A stretch of 64,000 bases of DNA from Nitrospirota bacterium. Lineage in GTDB: Bacteria; Nitrospirota; UBA9217. The notes under the pieces are model-generated. The model was not told where the DNA came from and searched no databases. It was given only the letters and a program-made list of their open reading frames with translations. Shown here piece by piece: positions 50,650 to 61,251 of the stretch (its first letter is position 1; each line of letters starts with the position of its first letter). The stretch spans positions 1 through 64,000 of the forward strand of contig CAVVOB010000038.1 of the NCBI GenBank assembly GCA_963749655.1, written 5' to 3'. Both the position numbers and the translations under genes were made by a program.

Positions 50650-52839
50650 ATGTCTTTCGTTCCCCATCGATTGAACTCGCGATTGGTACTGCTGGTCTGT
50701 GTCACGCTGGTTGCGAGCGGCGCGCTGTCCGGCTGGGTGACCGCAAAGAATCAGTCCCGCATGCTGATCGCGGCGATGCGCTCCGAATCGTCGGTCATGG
50801 CCAGGAATTTCGCGGAGAGCGGCGCCTACTACCTGGTGCTGAACGACTACGCCGGCCTGGAGTCCTTCCTGCTCAAGTCCGCGGAGCTGCCGGACATCAC
50901 GGCGCTCCAGGTATGCGAACCGAACGGTGCGCCGCTCGTGCAAATTGAACGAAACCCGGGCGCCAGGCCTGTCGCAAAGGCCGCTGTGGCCCCGATGACG
51001 CCTCCGTCGTCCGCATCCACGGAAATCGGCACTGAGGAAGAACGCATGATCATCTGGCAGCCGATCGTGGCCGGCAAGCTGCTCGGATGGCTCAAGGTAA
51101 CCTACAGCCTGTCGGACATCCGGAAAACGCAGACCGAGACCCTGATAAACAGCCTGGTTCTTGCGTTCGTCTGGGTGGCCGGAAGCTCGATCGTTCTGCT
51201 GCTGGTCATGCGGACGACTGTGCGATTGTTTAGCGAGCTCACCTCCTTCGCCAGGCAGCTTGATGAGCACAAGGGGACGGAGATATCCGTCAATACGCAG
51301 ATCAGCGAGATCTCGGAGCTTGCGGCGTCGCTGAACTATGCCTCGAAGAAGCTCCACTCCTCGGAGCAGCAGCTCGTCCTCGACCGTGAACGGCTGCGGA
51401 AGAGCGAAGAAAATTACCGGTATCTGCTGAACACGGTCCATGAGGGCATATGGGTCATCGACAAGGATGCGGTCACCACGTTCGTGAACCCGCGCATGGC
51501 CGAGATTCTGGGATATGCTCCCGAGGAGATGACCGGGAAGCCCCTTTTCTCTTTCATGGACGACGGGGGCAGAGCGCTCGCCGAGCGCAACGTGGAGCGG
51601 AGGAAGCAGGGCATCAAGGAGCAGCACGATTTCGAATTCATCCGGAAGGACGGGACGCGGATCTATACGAGCCTGGAAACCGGTCCGATACAGGACGACA
51701 ACGGACAGTATGCCGGCGCTATCGCCGCCATCTCCGACATCACCGGGAGCAGGAAACTGGAGGACGAGCGGCAGGCGAATTTTAAATTCTTCGAAAGTAT
51801 GGACAAGATCAACCGGGCTATTCAGGGCGCCCCGGATGTCGACGGCATGATGAACGATGTGCTTACGGCCACGCTTTCTCTCTTCGATTGCGATCGGGCG
51901 TGGCTCTTCTATCCGTGCGAGCCCGATGCCCCTCTGTTTCGAGTCCCGATGGAGGTTGCCAAAAGTGAATACCCGGGCGCGGGAGCACTGAATGTGGATA
52001 TACCGATGCCCCCGGACATGGCCCTGAATCTGCGGGAGGCACTGGCAGCCGCGGGTCCGGTGACATACACCGAAGGGACGGAAAAACCCGTTAACAAACT
52101 AAGCGCCGAGCAATTCAGCGTCCGGTCCATGATGCTGACCGCCCTGTATCCCAAGTCGGGCAAGCCCTGGGCCTTCGGCCTCCACCAGTGTTCCTACCCG
52201 CGTGTCTGGTTGCCGGAAGAGGAGCGGCTGTTTCAGGAGATCAGCAGGCGAATGGCCGACGCCGTGAGCAGTCTGCTGTCTCAGCACGACCTGCGGGAAA
52301 GCGAGACGCGGTATCGCCAGCTGGTAGACATGTCGCGCGATATGATCACGATCCATCTCTACGCGCAGGGAACGGTTGTTTTCGTAAACGAGGCCTGTGT
52401 AAGAATGACGGGGGCCTCAAGTCCCGATCAGCTTATCGGGAGATCTGTGCTCGAGTTTGTGCCCGCCGGCAGCAAAGAAATGGCCCGGGAGAGAATGCAG
52501 AACACGGTGAAGGGTGCGTCCAAGTCACCTCTCGATGAGCAAAAACTGCTCAGGCTCGACGGGACGGAGCTGGATATTGAAGTGTGGAGAGTCCCCTTCA
52601 ATTATCAGGGCCAGGCAGCCGTACAGCTCGTCGCGCGCGACATTACCGAGCGAAAGCGGGCCGAGGAAGAGCTGCAGAAACTGAACGAACAGCTCGAGCA
52701 GAGGGTCAAGGACCGGACAACCGAACTGGAAGCGAAGAACAGGGAGTTGGAGCGGCTGAACAAGGTATTCGTGGGCAGGGAGCTGCGCATGGCGGAGCTG
52801 AAGAAGCGCATTAAGGAGCTGGAGAGAAAACCGTCGTGA
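50650..52839 (+). CDS. 2TM-HAMP-PAS-GAF-PAS sensor without kinase domain
   Basis: Ends VFVGRELRMAELKKRIKELE then a stop. ORF intact. Confidence 0.9.
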   Translation: MSFVPHRLNSRLVLLVCVTLVASGALSGWVTAKNQSRMLIAAMRSESSVMARNFAESGAYYLVLNDYAGLESFLLKSAELPDITALQVCEPNGAPLVQIERNPGARPVAKAAVAPMTPPSSASTEIGTEEERMIIWQPIVAGKLLGWLKVTYSLSDIRKTQTETLINSLVLAFVWVAGSSIVLLLVMRTTVRLFSELTSFARQLDEHKGTEISVNTQISEISELAASLNYASKKLHSSEQQLVLDRERLRKSEENYRYLLNTVHEGIWVIDKDAVTTFVNPRMAEILGYAPEEMTGKPLFSFMDDGGRALAERNVERRKQGIKEQHDFEFIRKDGTRIYTSLETGPIQDDNGQYAGAIAAISDITGSRKLEDERQANFKFFESMDKINRAIQGAPDVDGMMNDVLTATLSLFDCDRAWLFYPCEPDAPLFRVPMEVAKSEYPGAGALNVDIPMPPDMALNLREALAAAGPVTYTEGTEKPVNKLSAEQFSVRSMMLTALYPKSGKPWAFGLHQCSYPRVWLPEEERLFQEISRRMADAVSSLLSQHDLRESETRYRQLVDMSRDMITIHLYAQGTVVFVNEACVRMTGASSPDQLIGRSVLEFVPAGSKEMARERMQNTVKGASKSPLDEQKLLRLDGTELDIEVWRVPFNYQGQAAVQLVARDITERKRAEEELQKLNEQLEQRVKDRTTELEAKNRELERLNKVFVGRELRMAELKKRIKELERKPS

Positions 52840-52858
52840 TTTTTGAAACGGACTTGCT

Positions 52859-55858
52859 ATGAAGAAATCAAAGGTGTCATCGGGCCGCTCAATACGCACC
52901 GTCCTGCTGACCGTCTTGCTCGTGCTCGGCGGTTGGGGATTCATTGCGTCGCTTCTGCAGATCGGCGGCAGCGTGCAGGCCTATCACGAGAGCCGCGATC
53001 TGGTCGACGGGGCCCGCGTCGCCGTTCGACTGCTGACCGCGGCCCAGCATCTTGCCTACGAACGCGGCCGCGCGGCCGTGGTCCTTCAGGCAGAAGGGAC
53101 TGTCTCGTCCAGAGACCGGTCGTTCCTCGATGAACGCAGACGGCTGGCCGACGCCTCCCTGGAGTCGGTCTTCGCCGCAGGAAGGAAACTGCCGGATGCC
53201 GGCTCTTCCGATGTTCTCGAAGAATGGCGGGCGGTACGGCAGTTACGGAGCGAGATCGACCGTGTTTTCGTCCTGCCCCGCGCCTCTCGCGATCCGGCGC
53301 TTGCATCCCGTTGGTTCGACGCCGCAAGCCGCATCATCAACACCATCCAGCGAACGACGGTGCGGCTCGTCGGATATTTTCCGCCCGGGGATATGACCAC
53401 GCGCCTGATGCTTCTGTCCTCGGCTGCGCTGGAATTGCGCATAACAGCAGACGCCGAAGCGTCTTATATCGCGCAGGCCTTATCAGCCGCACAGGCGCCG
53501 TCCGAAGAACGCCTGCTTTTCATTCATGAGTTGCGGGGGAGGGAAGACCGTCTTTGGCAGGAAGTAGACCGGCTGGCCGACTATACGAGGATCGAGTCGC
53601 TGAAAAGCGCAGCTGACGAGGTCAAGAAGCACCACTATGCGGTGTTTCGTCCTTTGCAGGACAAGACCCTGTCGGATCTGACATCCCGCAAACGATTTAT
53701 CGTTCCGCTCGCAAAACTTACCGCGGAATCGCTGCCGACGCTGGACGGAATATCGGACCTGATGACGCGGGCTGCAGAAGGAGCAGTGCGCCTCGCCGAC
53801 GAGGGCGTGCTGAAAACACGCCGGCTTCTGATCGAATTAATGGTATGGTCCGCATCCCTTCTTTTTGTGCTCCTCCTTTCCCTCCGGTATGTGGTGCGCC
53901 GCGTCGTCCAGCCCTTGGAGCAGGTGGACGGGGAGCTGCGCCGTCTGGGAGCGAGGCCTCTTGCCGGACCTGCCGGAAACGAGATCGACCGCCTCAAGGC
54001 CAGCGCCGAGGAGCTGAAGGTCAGCATGGCGGCCCGCGCCGAGGCCGAGGCAGGACTGAAAAGAGCCAACGACGACATGAGCACCCTCAATAAGGAGCTC
54101 GAAGCGCGCGTGGCCGACCGGACGGTCATGCTGCAGCAAGCCAACGACCGGCACCTCGTCGAATTGGCCGACCGGAAAAACGTCGAAGAAGCCTTGCGCA
54201 AGCGGGAGGCGGAACTGAACGAGTCCCAGCGGCTGGCGCACATCGGGAGCTGGGACTGGGACGCGGACAAGGACGTCATCTGGTGGTCCGACGAGTATTA
54301 CCGCATCTACGACATTGATACGGCGAAGCCGACGCCGAACTACGAGGAACACAAGCAGGCCTATACCGGGGAAAGCATTGCCCGGCTTGATGCCGCGGTG
54401 AAGCGAGCCATGGAGACCGGCGAGCCCTATGAACTCGATCTCGAGCTGGCGCACCCGACCGAAACGACGCGGTGGATCGTGGCCCGGGCGGAAGCAAAGC
54501 GCGATGAGAGCGGAAAGATTTGGGGACTGCGCGGCACTGCCCAGAACATAACCGAACGGAAGCGTACGGAAGCGGAACTGCGCGCTTCGGAACAGCGGCT
54601 CGCGCTGCATTTCATGCAGACGCCCCTCGGAGTCATAGAGTGGAATCTGAACTTTGAAGCCATGAAGTGGAACCCTGCTGCGGAAAAGATCTTCGGTTAT
54701 CGCCGGGACGAAGCGCTCGGTCGCCATGCGTCCCTGATCGTTCCAACGATCGCAAAAGAACACGTAGACCGGATCTGGAACGATCTTATTCGAACAGAAG
54801 GAGGCGCCCGCAGCACAAATGAGAATGTAACAAAAGAGGGGAAGCGTATTTTTTGCGAATGGTACAACACTCCGCTGGTCGACGAGGCCGGAAAGGTGAT
54901 AGGCGTCGCATCACTGGTTCAGGACGTCACCGATCGCAAGCAGGCGGAAGAAGAGATCGGAAAACTCAATGAACGCCTTGAGAAGCGCGTCGCCGAGCGC
55001 ACGTCCGAGCTTCAGAAAAAAAGCGACGAGCTGCGGGACAGCCAGATGGCGCTCACGAACATCGTGGAAGACCTGAACGATAAGACTGCGGAGCTGGAGC
55101 AGGCCAACGCAAAGCTCCAGGAGCTGGACCGCCTGAAGTCCCTGTTCATCGCCTCCATGAGCCATGAGCTCAGGACGCCGCTCAACTCCATCATCGGGTT
55201 CTCGAGCATCATGCTGAACGAATGGACCGGTCCGGTGACGGTTGAACAAAAGGAAAACCTCGGCGCGATCCTGCGGTCGGGAAAACACCTGCTGGCCCTT
55301 ATCAACGACGTGATCGACGTATCGAAGATCGAGGCCGGCAAGCTGGAGTCGGTCGCCGAAGCGTTCGATATCTGCGCGGTCGTATCGGAGACAGCCCAGG
55401 CTTTTAACCAGGATATCGAGAGCAAGAAGCTTGTGCTGAACGTTCGGGTTCCTCATCAACCGATGCGCACCGACCGCAGAAGGCTCCTTCAGTGCCTGCT
55501 GAACCTCGTGAGCAACGCCGTAAAGTTCACCGAGCAGGGAACGATCTCTGTCCGCGGCGCGGTGTCCGCCGACGGCCGGTGCATGGAACTCTCCGTCGAG
55601 GACACCGGGATCGGCATCAATGACGAAGACTTGAACAAATTGTTCGCGCCTTTTGTGCGGCTCGTTTCCTCACAAAGGACTGTGGTCCCGGGCACGGGCC
55701 TGGGCCTGTACCTTACGCGAAAGCTGGTCCGTGAAGTGCTGAAGGGAGACATCGTCGCAGCGAGCGTCCCGGGGAAAGGGAGCACCTTTTCTCTGATCGT
55801 GCCACTAGCAACGGAAGGAGGATATGATGCGCAAAGTGCTCGTGATCGAGGACAATGA
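52859..55858 (+). CDS. Membrane sensor histidine kinase (helical NIT-like periplasmic domain, 2 PAS, HisKA, HATPase)
   Basis: H-box SMSHELRTPLN, N-box NLVSNAVKFT, DTGIG, GTGLGL. Confidence 0.95.
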   Translation: MKKSKVSSGRSIRTVLLTVLLVLGGWGFIASLLQIGGSVQAYHESRDLVDGARVAVRLLTAAQHLAYERGRAAVVLQAEGTVSSRDRSFLDERRRLADASLESVFAAGRKLPDAGSSDVLEEWRAVRQLRSEIDRVFVLPRASRDPALASRWFDAASRIINTIQRTTVRLVGYFPPGDMTTRLMLLSSAALELRITADAEASYIAQALSAAQAPSEERLLFIHELRGREDRLWQEVDRLADYTRIESLKSAADEVKKHHYAVFRPLQDKTLSDLTSRKRFIVPLAKLTAESLPTLDGISDLMTRAAEGAVRLADEGVLKTRRLLIELMVWSASLLFVLLLSLRYVVRRVVQPLEQVDGELRRLGARPLAGPAGNEIDRLKASAEELKVSMAARAEAEAGLKRANDDMSTLNKELEARVADRTVMLQQANDRHLVELADRKNVEEALRKREAELNESQRLAHIGSWDWDADKDVIWWSDEYYRIYDIDTAKPTPNYEEHKQAYTGESIARLDAAVKRAMETGEPYELDLELAHPTETTRWIVARAEAKRDESGKIWGLRGTAQNITERKRTEAELRASEQRLALHFMQTPLGVIEWNLNFEAMKWNPAAEKIFGYRRDEALGRHASLIVPTIAKEHVDRIWNDLIRTEGGARSTNENVTKEGKRIFCEWYNTPLVDEAGKVIGVASLVQDVTDRKQAEEEIGKLNERLEKRVAERTSELQKKSDELRDSQMALTNIVEDLNDKTAELEQANAKLQELDRLKSLFIASMSHELRTPLNSIIGFSSIMLNEWTGPVTVEQKENLGAILRSGKHLLALINDVIDVSKIEAGKLESVAEAFDICAVVSETAQAFNQDIESKKLVLNVRVPHQPMRTDRRRLLQCLLNLVSNAVKFTEQGTISVRGAVSADGRCMELSVEDTGIGINDEDLNKLFAPFVRLVSSQRTVVPGTGLGLYLTRKLVREVLKGDIVAASVPGKGSTFSLIVPLATEGGYDAQSARDRGQ

Positions 55859-56201
55859 GGACAATCTGAGGATCGTGACCTATGCGCTCCGGCGGGCGGG
55901 TTACGAAGTCGTTGCCGCTCAAAGCGGCGAAGCAGGGGTCGAAACGGCCTCGCGTGAAAGTCCGTCCTTCATCCTGATGGACATCAATCTGCCCGGCATC
56001 GACGGCATCGAAGCCACGAGGCGCATCCGGAGCTCGAAAGCCGACGGCGGCGTCCCGATCATCGCGATAACCTCCTACGCCATGAGCGGCGACCGGGACC
56101 GCATCATCGCGGCCGGATGCAGCGGGTACATCGAAAAACCGATTGACCCGATCAAGATCGTGGAGCAGATACACGCGATCCTGGAAAAGCCGGAGAAATG
56201 A
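55824..56201 (+). CDS. Single-domain response regulator (DivK/CheY-like)
   Basis: IEDN, LMDINLP, AITS, KPID. Confidence 0.93.
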   Translation: MMRKVLVIEDNEDNLRIVTYALRRAGYEVVAAQSGEAGVETASRESPSFILMDINLPGIDGIEATRRIRSSKADGGVPIIAITSYAMSGDRDRIIAAGCSGYIEKPIDPIKIVEQIHAILEKPEK

Positions 56202-56252
56202 CGGAGCGGGTAGGAGAGCGGAAAGGGCAGCCGCATCCCGGAGCAGATCAGT

Positions 56253-59036
56253 ATGAACATACTTATTGTTGACGACAACCGAGACGACAGAACGGTGCTC
56301 AGGTACATGGTTTCAAAGAACGGCCACCAATCGATCGAGGCGGCGGACGGCCTGGACGGCCTGAAAAAAGCGCGCAGCAGCAGGCCGGACCTGATCATTT
56401 CCGACGCCCTCATGCCCGTGATGGACGGCTTCCAGTTCCTGAGGCAGGTGAAACAGGACCCGGACCTTCGCACGATCCCGTTCATTTTCTATTCCTCCTC
56501 GTACAAGGATTACCAGGACGTTCGGCTTGCCGTTTCACTCGGCGCGGACGCCTACATCATTAAGCCGGTGGAGCCCGTCGAGTTGTGGCGGAAGATCGAA
56601 GATCTCTTGAAGGCCGGCAAGACGGCGGCGAACCCTCCCGTCCCGCTGATCAGGGAAGATGCGGAATACCTGAAGCGATACAGCGAGGTCGTGGCGACGA
56701 AGCTCGAAGAGAAGGTGCGGGAACTGGAACTGACCCTGGAAGGACGCAAGCGGGCTGAGGAGGCGCTTCGGGAAAGCGAACGGAAATACCGGCGGATCGT
56801 TGATACGGCCAGCGAAGGCATCGTGATGCTCGGCCCGGACGCCATGACCACTTTTGTGAACGCGAGGATGGCCGACCTGCTTGGCTATCGGATCGAGGAC
56901 ATGATCGGTCAACCGTTGACCGCTTTCATGTTCGATGAGGATGCTTCCGATCACCTCCGAACAATGGAGGCCCACCGCCTGGGCAAGACGGACCAATATG
57001 AACGCCGGTTCCGCTGCAGGGACGGACGGGCAGTCTGGACCCTGGTGTCGGCCGTGCCGGTCTTCGACGGCGAAAACAAGTTCAGCGGCTCCTTCGGGAT
57101 GTTCACCGACATCAGCACGCGCAAGAAAGCCGAAGAGGACCTGGAGAAAAACGAAAGATTTCTCAATAACATCGTGGAGAACATCCCAAACACGATTTTC
57201 GTCAAGGACGCCGAAACGCTGAGGTTCGTACGATTCAACAAGGCCGGCGAGCAGCTTCTGGGATACTCGCGGGACGAACTGCTCGGGAAAAGCGATTACG
57301 ACTTGTTTCCAAAGGAGATAGCGGATTTTTTTACCGCAAAGGACCGTGAAGTGCTCGGGGGAAAACTACTCGTCGATATTCCGGAAGAGTCAGTCAGGAC
57401 AAAGGACAAGGCCGAGCGCATCCTCCATACAAAAAAGATCCCGATCCTGGATGAAACCGGAAAGCCGCAATACCTCGTCGGGATATCCGAGGACATCACG
57501 GAGCGCAGGCGGGCCGAGGAGTCGATTCGCAAACTCTCCCAGGCGGTCGAACAAAGCCCGGTATCCATCATCATTACCAACGCTTCGGGCACAATCGAGT
57601 TCGTTAACTCCAAATTCACGGAGGCAACCGGCTATTCCCGCGCCGAGGCCCTGGGCCGGAATCCCCGCATGCTGAAGTCCGGCGAAACGCCGGCAGAGGA
57701 GTACCGGCGTCTCTGGAAGACCATCAGCTCGGGCGGGGTGTGGAGCGGCGAGTTCCACAATCGGAAAAAGAACGGCGAGCTGTTCTGGGAGCAGGCAACG
57801 ATCGCCCCGATCAGAAATGCCGACAACGTCATCACCCATTATGTCGCGGTCAAGGAGGACATCACCGGGCGCAAAAAACTCGAAGAACAGCTCCGCCAGG
57901 CCCAGAAGATGGAGGCCATCGGGACCCTTGCCGGCGGAGTGGCCCACGATTTCAACAACATCCTCACCGCGATCATCGGATACGGCACTCTCGTAAAGAT
58001 GAAGATGAAGCACGATGACCCGCAGCATCACCTGCTCGACCAGCTCCTGCTGTCATCGGAGCGGGCCGCAAATCTGACGCGGGGGCTCCTCGCTTTCAGC
58101 AGAAAGCAGGTCCTCAATCCGAAACCGGTCGACCTCAACGACATCGTAAAGAGCGTGGAAAGACTCCTCCGCAGGCTTATCGGCGAGGACGTCGAACTTG
58201 CTATTACGCTTGCCGATACAAATCTCATTGTAATGGCCGATGCCGGCCAGATCGAGCAGGTCCTCATGAACCTTGCTACCAATGCCCGGGACGCCATGCC
58301 GGAGGGGGGGGCGCTCTCCCTTACGACCGAGGACATCGATCTAAAGGAAGGGTTCATCGGCACCCACGGATCAGGCCGACCCCGGAAATATGCCCGGATC
58401 ACCGTTATCGACTCGGGCACCGGCATGGATGAGCAGACACGGGAAAAGATCTTCGATCCCTTTTTCACGACAAAGGAAGCGGGGAAAGGCACCGGCCTCG
58501 GGCTCGCGATCGTGTACGGGATCGTGAAACAGCACGACGGGATCATCAACGTGGAGAGCGAGGCGGGGAAGGGGACTGCGTTCAAGGTCTATCTGCCGCT
58601 CATCGCCACGACAACGGAGCAGGCGCCTGCTGAAACACTACCCCCGCCGCGGGGCGGCACGGAGACGATCCTTCTCGCCGAGGACGATCAGGACGTGCGA
58701 AATCTGACGAAACACGTGCTGCAGGATTTCGGCTACCGCGTCATCGCCGCACAGGATGGCCAGGAGGCCATAGACAGGTACACGGCGCAGGCGGACGATA
58801 TCGATCTCCTGATCCTGGACGTCATCATGCCGAAGAAAAGCGGCAGAGAGGTATACGACGCCGTCAAAGCGGTGCGCAGGGATGCGAACGTCCTTTTCGT
58901 CAGCGGGTATACCGCCGATGTCCTGCACAAGAAAGGCATGTTCGAAGAAGGGATCCAGTTCATTGCGAAGCCGGTGAGCCCCTCGGTGCTGCTGGAAAAG
59001 ATCCGCGAGGTCCTGGATAAGCACCCCTCCGGCTGA
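56253..59036 (+). CDS. Cytoplasmic hybrid kinase REC-PAS3-HisKA-HATPase-REC
   Basis: [41 protein letters not shown]; REC at both ends. Confidence 0.95.
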   Translation: MNILIVDDNRDDRTVLRYMVSKNGHQSIEAADGLDGLKKARSSRPDLIISDALMPVMDGFQFLRQVKQDPDLRTIPFIFYSSSYKDYQDVRLAVSLGADAYIIKPVEPVELWRKIEDLLKAGKTAANPPVPLIREDAEYLKRYSEVVATKLEEKVRELELTLEGRKRAEEALRESERKYRRIVDTASEGIVMLGPDAMTTFVNARMADLLGYRIEDMIGQPLTAFMFDEDASDHLRTMEAHRLGKTDQYERRFRCRDGRAVWTLVSAVPVFDGENKFSGSFGMFTDISTRKKAEEDLEKNERFLNNIVENIPNTIFVKDAETLRFVRFNKAGEQLLGYSRDELLGKSDYDLFPKEIADFFTAKDREVLGGKLLVDIPEESVRTKDKAERILHTKKIPILDETGKPQYLVGISEDITERRRAEESIRKLSQAVEQSPVSIIITNASGTIEFVNSKFTEATGYSRAEALGRNPRMLKSGETPAEEYRRLWKTISSGGVWSGEFHNRKKNGELFWEQATIAPIRNADNVITHYVAVKEDITGRKKLEEQLRQAQKMEAIGTLAGGVAHDFNNILTAIIGYGTLVKMKMKHDDPQHHLLDQLLLSSERAANLTRGLLAFSRKQVLNPKPVDLNDIVKSVERLLRRLIGEDVELAITLADTNLIVMADAGQIEQVLMNLATNARDAMPEGGALSLTTEDIDLKEGFIGTHGSGRPRKYARITVIDSGTGMDEQTREKIFDPFFTTKEAGKGTGLGLAIVYGIVKQHDGIINVESEAGKGTAFKVYLPLIATTTEQAPAETLPPPRGGTETILLAEDDQDVRNLTKHVLQDFGYRVIAAQDGQEAIDRYTAQADDIDLLILDVIMPKKSGREVYDAVKAVRRDANVLFVSGYTADVLHKKGMFEEGIQFIAKPVSPSVLLEKIREVLDKHPSG

Positions 59037-59092
59037 CAGGTCGGACCTGCCCGCCATCCGCCTCGCTTCATCCGTGGATGTGGAAAAATCCG

Positions 59093-59121
59093 TTGCCAAA
59101 ATAATCCTTCCTGAGTAAAAT
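59093..59121 (+). promoter_or_regulatory. Putative sigma70 promoter ahead of the structured element and lysE
   Basis: TTGCCA-17 nt-TAAAAT. Confidence 0.5.
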
Positions 59122-59139
59122 GGTCCCCATCTTTTCGCT

Positions 59140-59380
59140 ATCCCGCGCCCTGGCGTCTCCGGCACTGCCGGGGGTGGGACCCACCCTCATCCGGTCCTTC
59201 CCCCCGCGGGGGAAGGGCTGATGGACAAGGATAGTTCTATCCGCTTACTCGCGCGTGGCTGGAATGAGCCACGCAGACGCGAGTGTGCAGTCCCACCTGG
59301 CACTCCGTGCATCCGCACTCGTAAACGCCGGGTGCAGGCGGGAGGTCGCGTTATGATTTTGACTCCCGACAGGTCGGGAT
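59140..59380 (+). repeat. Structured dispersed element, copy 2, with an internal REP-like insertion (about 59179-59218)
   Basis: See 30760-30939; the insertion contains the hairpin CCTTCCCCC-GC-GGGGGAAGG. Confidence 0.85.
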
Positions 59381-59396
59381 ACCTGAGGAGGCTCCG

Positions 59397-60017
59397 CTGG
59401 ATACGATCTTTTTTCTCAAGGGACTCATCATCGGTTTCGTCATCGCGGCGCCGGTCGGCCCTATCGGCGCTCTCTGCGCGCGCCGCACACTCATGTTCGG
59501 CAGGCGGGCCGGGTTCTTTTCCGGCATGGGCGCCGCAACGGCCGACGCGATCTACGGATTTGTGGCTGCCTTCGGCCTGACGCTCGTGTCTGACTTTCTC
59601 ATCGGCCACAATGTCCTTCTCAGGCTCCTGGGAGGCGTGCTGCTGTGCATTCTGGGAGTCAAGGCGCTGTTTGCCGATCCGAACCGGCAGCAGGACTTCC
59701 CGAAGACCTTCAGAAAATATGCAGGCATGTTCTCGTCGACGTTCTTCCTGACGTTGACCAATCCCATGACCATTTTTTCCTTTGGCGCCGTCTTTGTAGG
59801 CTTCGGGCTGGCGGGCGTCAGAGGGAGCGTTCTCTCCGCCGGGATTCTCATTCTCGGCGTCTTTCTGGGGTCGGCGCTCTGGTGGCTTTTTCTCGTGGGC
59901 CTCTTCAGTATTTACCAAAAGCGGTTTCACTCCGACCAGCTTCGCTGGGTGAACTACGTCTCCGGCGGCATCATCATCGCCTCGGGCATCCTTGCCCTCC
60001 TGAGCCTGGAGTGGTGA
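59397..60017 (+). CDS. LysE family translocator (apparent CTG start)
   Basis: xDTIFFLKGLIIGFVIAAPVGPIG...TLTNPMTI; GAGGAGG RBS 5 nt before CTG at 59397. Confidence 0.88.
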   Translation: MDTIFFLKGLIIGFVIAAPVGPIGALCARRTLMFGRRAGFFSGMGAATADAIYGFVAAFGLTLVSDFLIGHNVLLRLLGGVLLCILGVKALFADPNRQQDFPKTFRKYAGMFSSTFFLTLTNPMTIFSFGAVFVGFGLAGVRGSVLSAGILILGVFLGSALWWLFLVGLFSIYQKRFHSDQLRWVNYVSGGIIIASGILALLSLEW

Positions 60018-60200
60018 ACCATCAGGCGGCAACTCTTTTCACTCTTTTGCAGTCCCACACGATTTTCCTCAGTCCTTGCCTGACAAAGATGTAAATATTG
60101 TCTCCAAGCCCCGACATCAAACAGCTTCACATGCGGTTCGTTCTATAGTAGAATCATCGGGAACGGGGATTCACCGCAATCCGTAAAAAGGAGGGAAATC

Positions 60201-60572
60201 ATGAAGATCAGCATGGACGTAAAGAGTATAGAGTGGTGGTTCTGGGCCGTGACGTTTGCGTTCATCATCGCCGCGCTGTCCGGCTGGACGCCGGGATATG
60301 CAGCAGTCATGATCATAAGCGCTCTGCAGGTCGTCTATTTCAGCATCAGAACGGGAAGTCCGCGCTCTTTTCCCTCACAGGTGCGGATCGTCTACTTCGC
60401 CTGTACCCTACTTGGGTTCTGGGAGGTGGGAAGGATCTATTGGTATGCAGTTTTATTCTTGGGCACGGCAATGGTCGTCTTCTGCAACCGCTGCGGCATC
60501 GCGCTGGTTCTGAAATTGATGCCCTGGAACAAGGATCTGGAAAACCCGCAGTGCAAACTGCCGGGGGCATAG
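60201..60572 (+). CDS. Hypothetical membrane protein
   Basis: AGGAGG RBS; four hydrophobic segments; FP.QVR and C...L.LMPWN. Confidence 0.75.
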   Translation: MKISMDVKSIEWWFWAVTFAFIIAALSGWTPGYAAVMIISALQVVYFSIRTGSPRSFPSQVRIVYFACTLLGFWEVGRIYWYAVLFLGTAMVVFCNRCGIALVLKLMPWNKDLENPQCKLPGA

Positions 60573-60662
60573 GGAAGGACGAGAAGCCTTTTTTTTTAAT
60601 TCCGGGCTCCTGCCAAATAGTTTTGATTTCAGGATTGGGCGAGTTGAAATATTTCTATGGAT

Positions 60663-60784
60663 GATGGTCTCGTAGAAAGAGGGATATAAGCCGCGGAGGG
60701 CGCGGAGGAACCATCCAATCTTCAAGTCCTTTCTCGGCGCCTCAGCGTCTCGGCGGTGAATTTTTGTTTTTCTACGAATGCATC
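60663..60784. mobile_element. MITE-like ends enclosing a nonamer hairpin
   Basis: GATGGTCTCGTAGAAAG ... TTTTCTACGAATGCATC. Confidence 0.5.
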
Positions 60785-61043
60785 AAGCATCAAGGATACT
60801 TCAGTTTTGAAGAAAGAGTGGACTCGTTGAAATGGGAATGGAGGACAGAGACTGGTACCGGGACAAACGGATCGACTGGGAGCGGGGAGGGCTGAAGGAT
60901 AGAAATGCGAAGAGACGCCGTTTTCCCTCGTTCCTCTGGTGGATCGCGGCTGCCGGTATTCTTCTCATGATCGCCGCTGTATTGCTCCGTTGGCATTAGT
61001 CAGTTACGAGTGAAATTCTTCTCAAGGCGGCAAGAATATTCTT

Positions 61044-61134
61044 ACCGCGAAGGCGCAAGGAGCGCGAGGACGTCAAATACAACCAACAATACAAAGTCTT
61101 TCAGATTTCCTCGCGTCCTTCGCGTCTTCGCGGT
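61044..61134. repeat. Inverted nonamer array
   Basis: ACCGCGAAGG CGCAAGGAG CGCGAGGA ... TCCTCGCG TCCTTCGCG TCTTCGCGGT. Confidence 0.85.
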
Positions 61135-61199
61135 TCAAAGGTTGTTTCCGGCTTGTCCGGGTTAGGTCCTGTCATCGGACCTGCAATCGATAATGTCCT

Positions 61200-61227
61200 G
61201 TAGGGGCGAACGGCCGTTCGCCCCTAC
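61200..61227. repeat. GTAG-type REP palindrome
   Basis: Perfect palindrome GTAGGGGCGAACGGCCGTTCGCCCCTAC. Confidence 0.8.
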
Positions 61228-61251
61228 GTAATGGATTCTTATCGGGTTCGG

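Noticed and set aside
60790-60996. 68-aa minus-strand ORF between repeat elements
   Set aside because: No RBS or family motif, and it lies in repeat-rich intergenic DNA.
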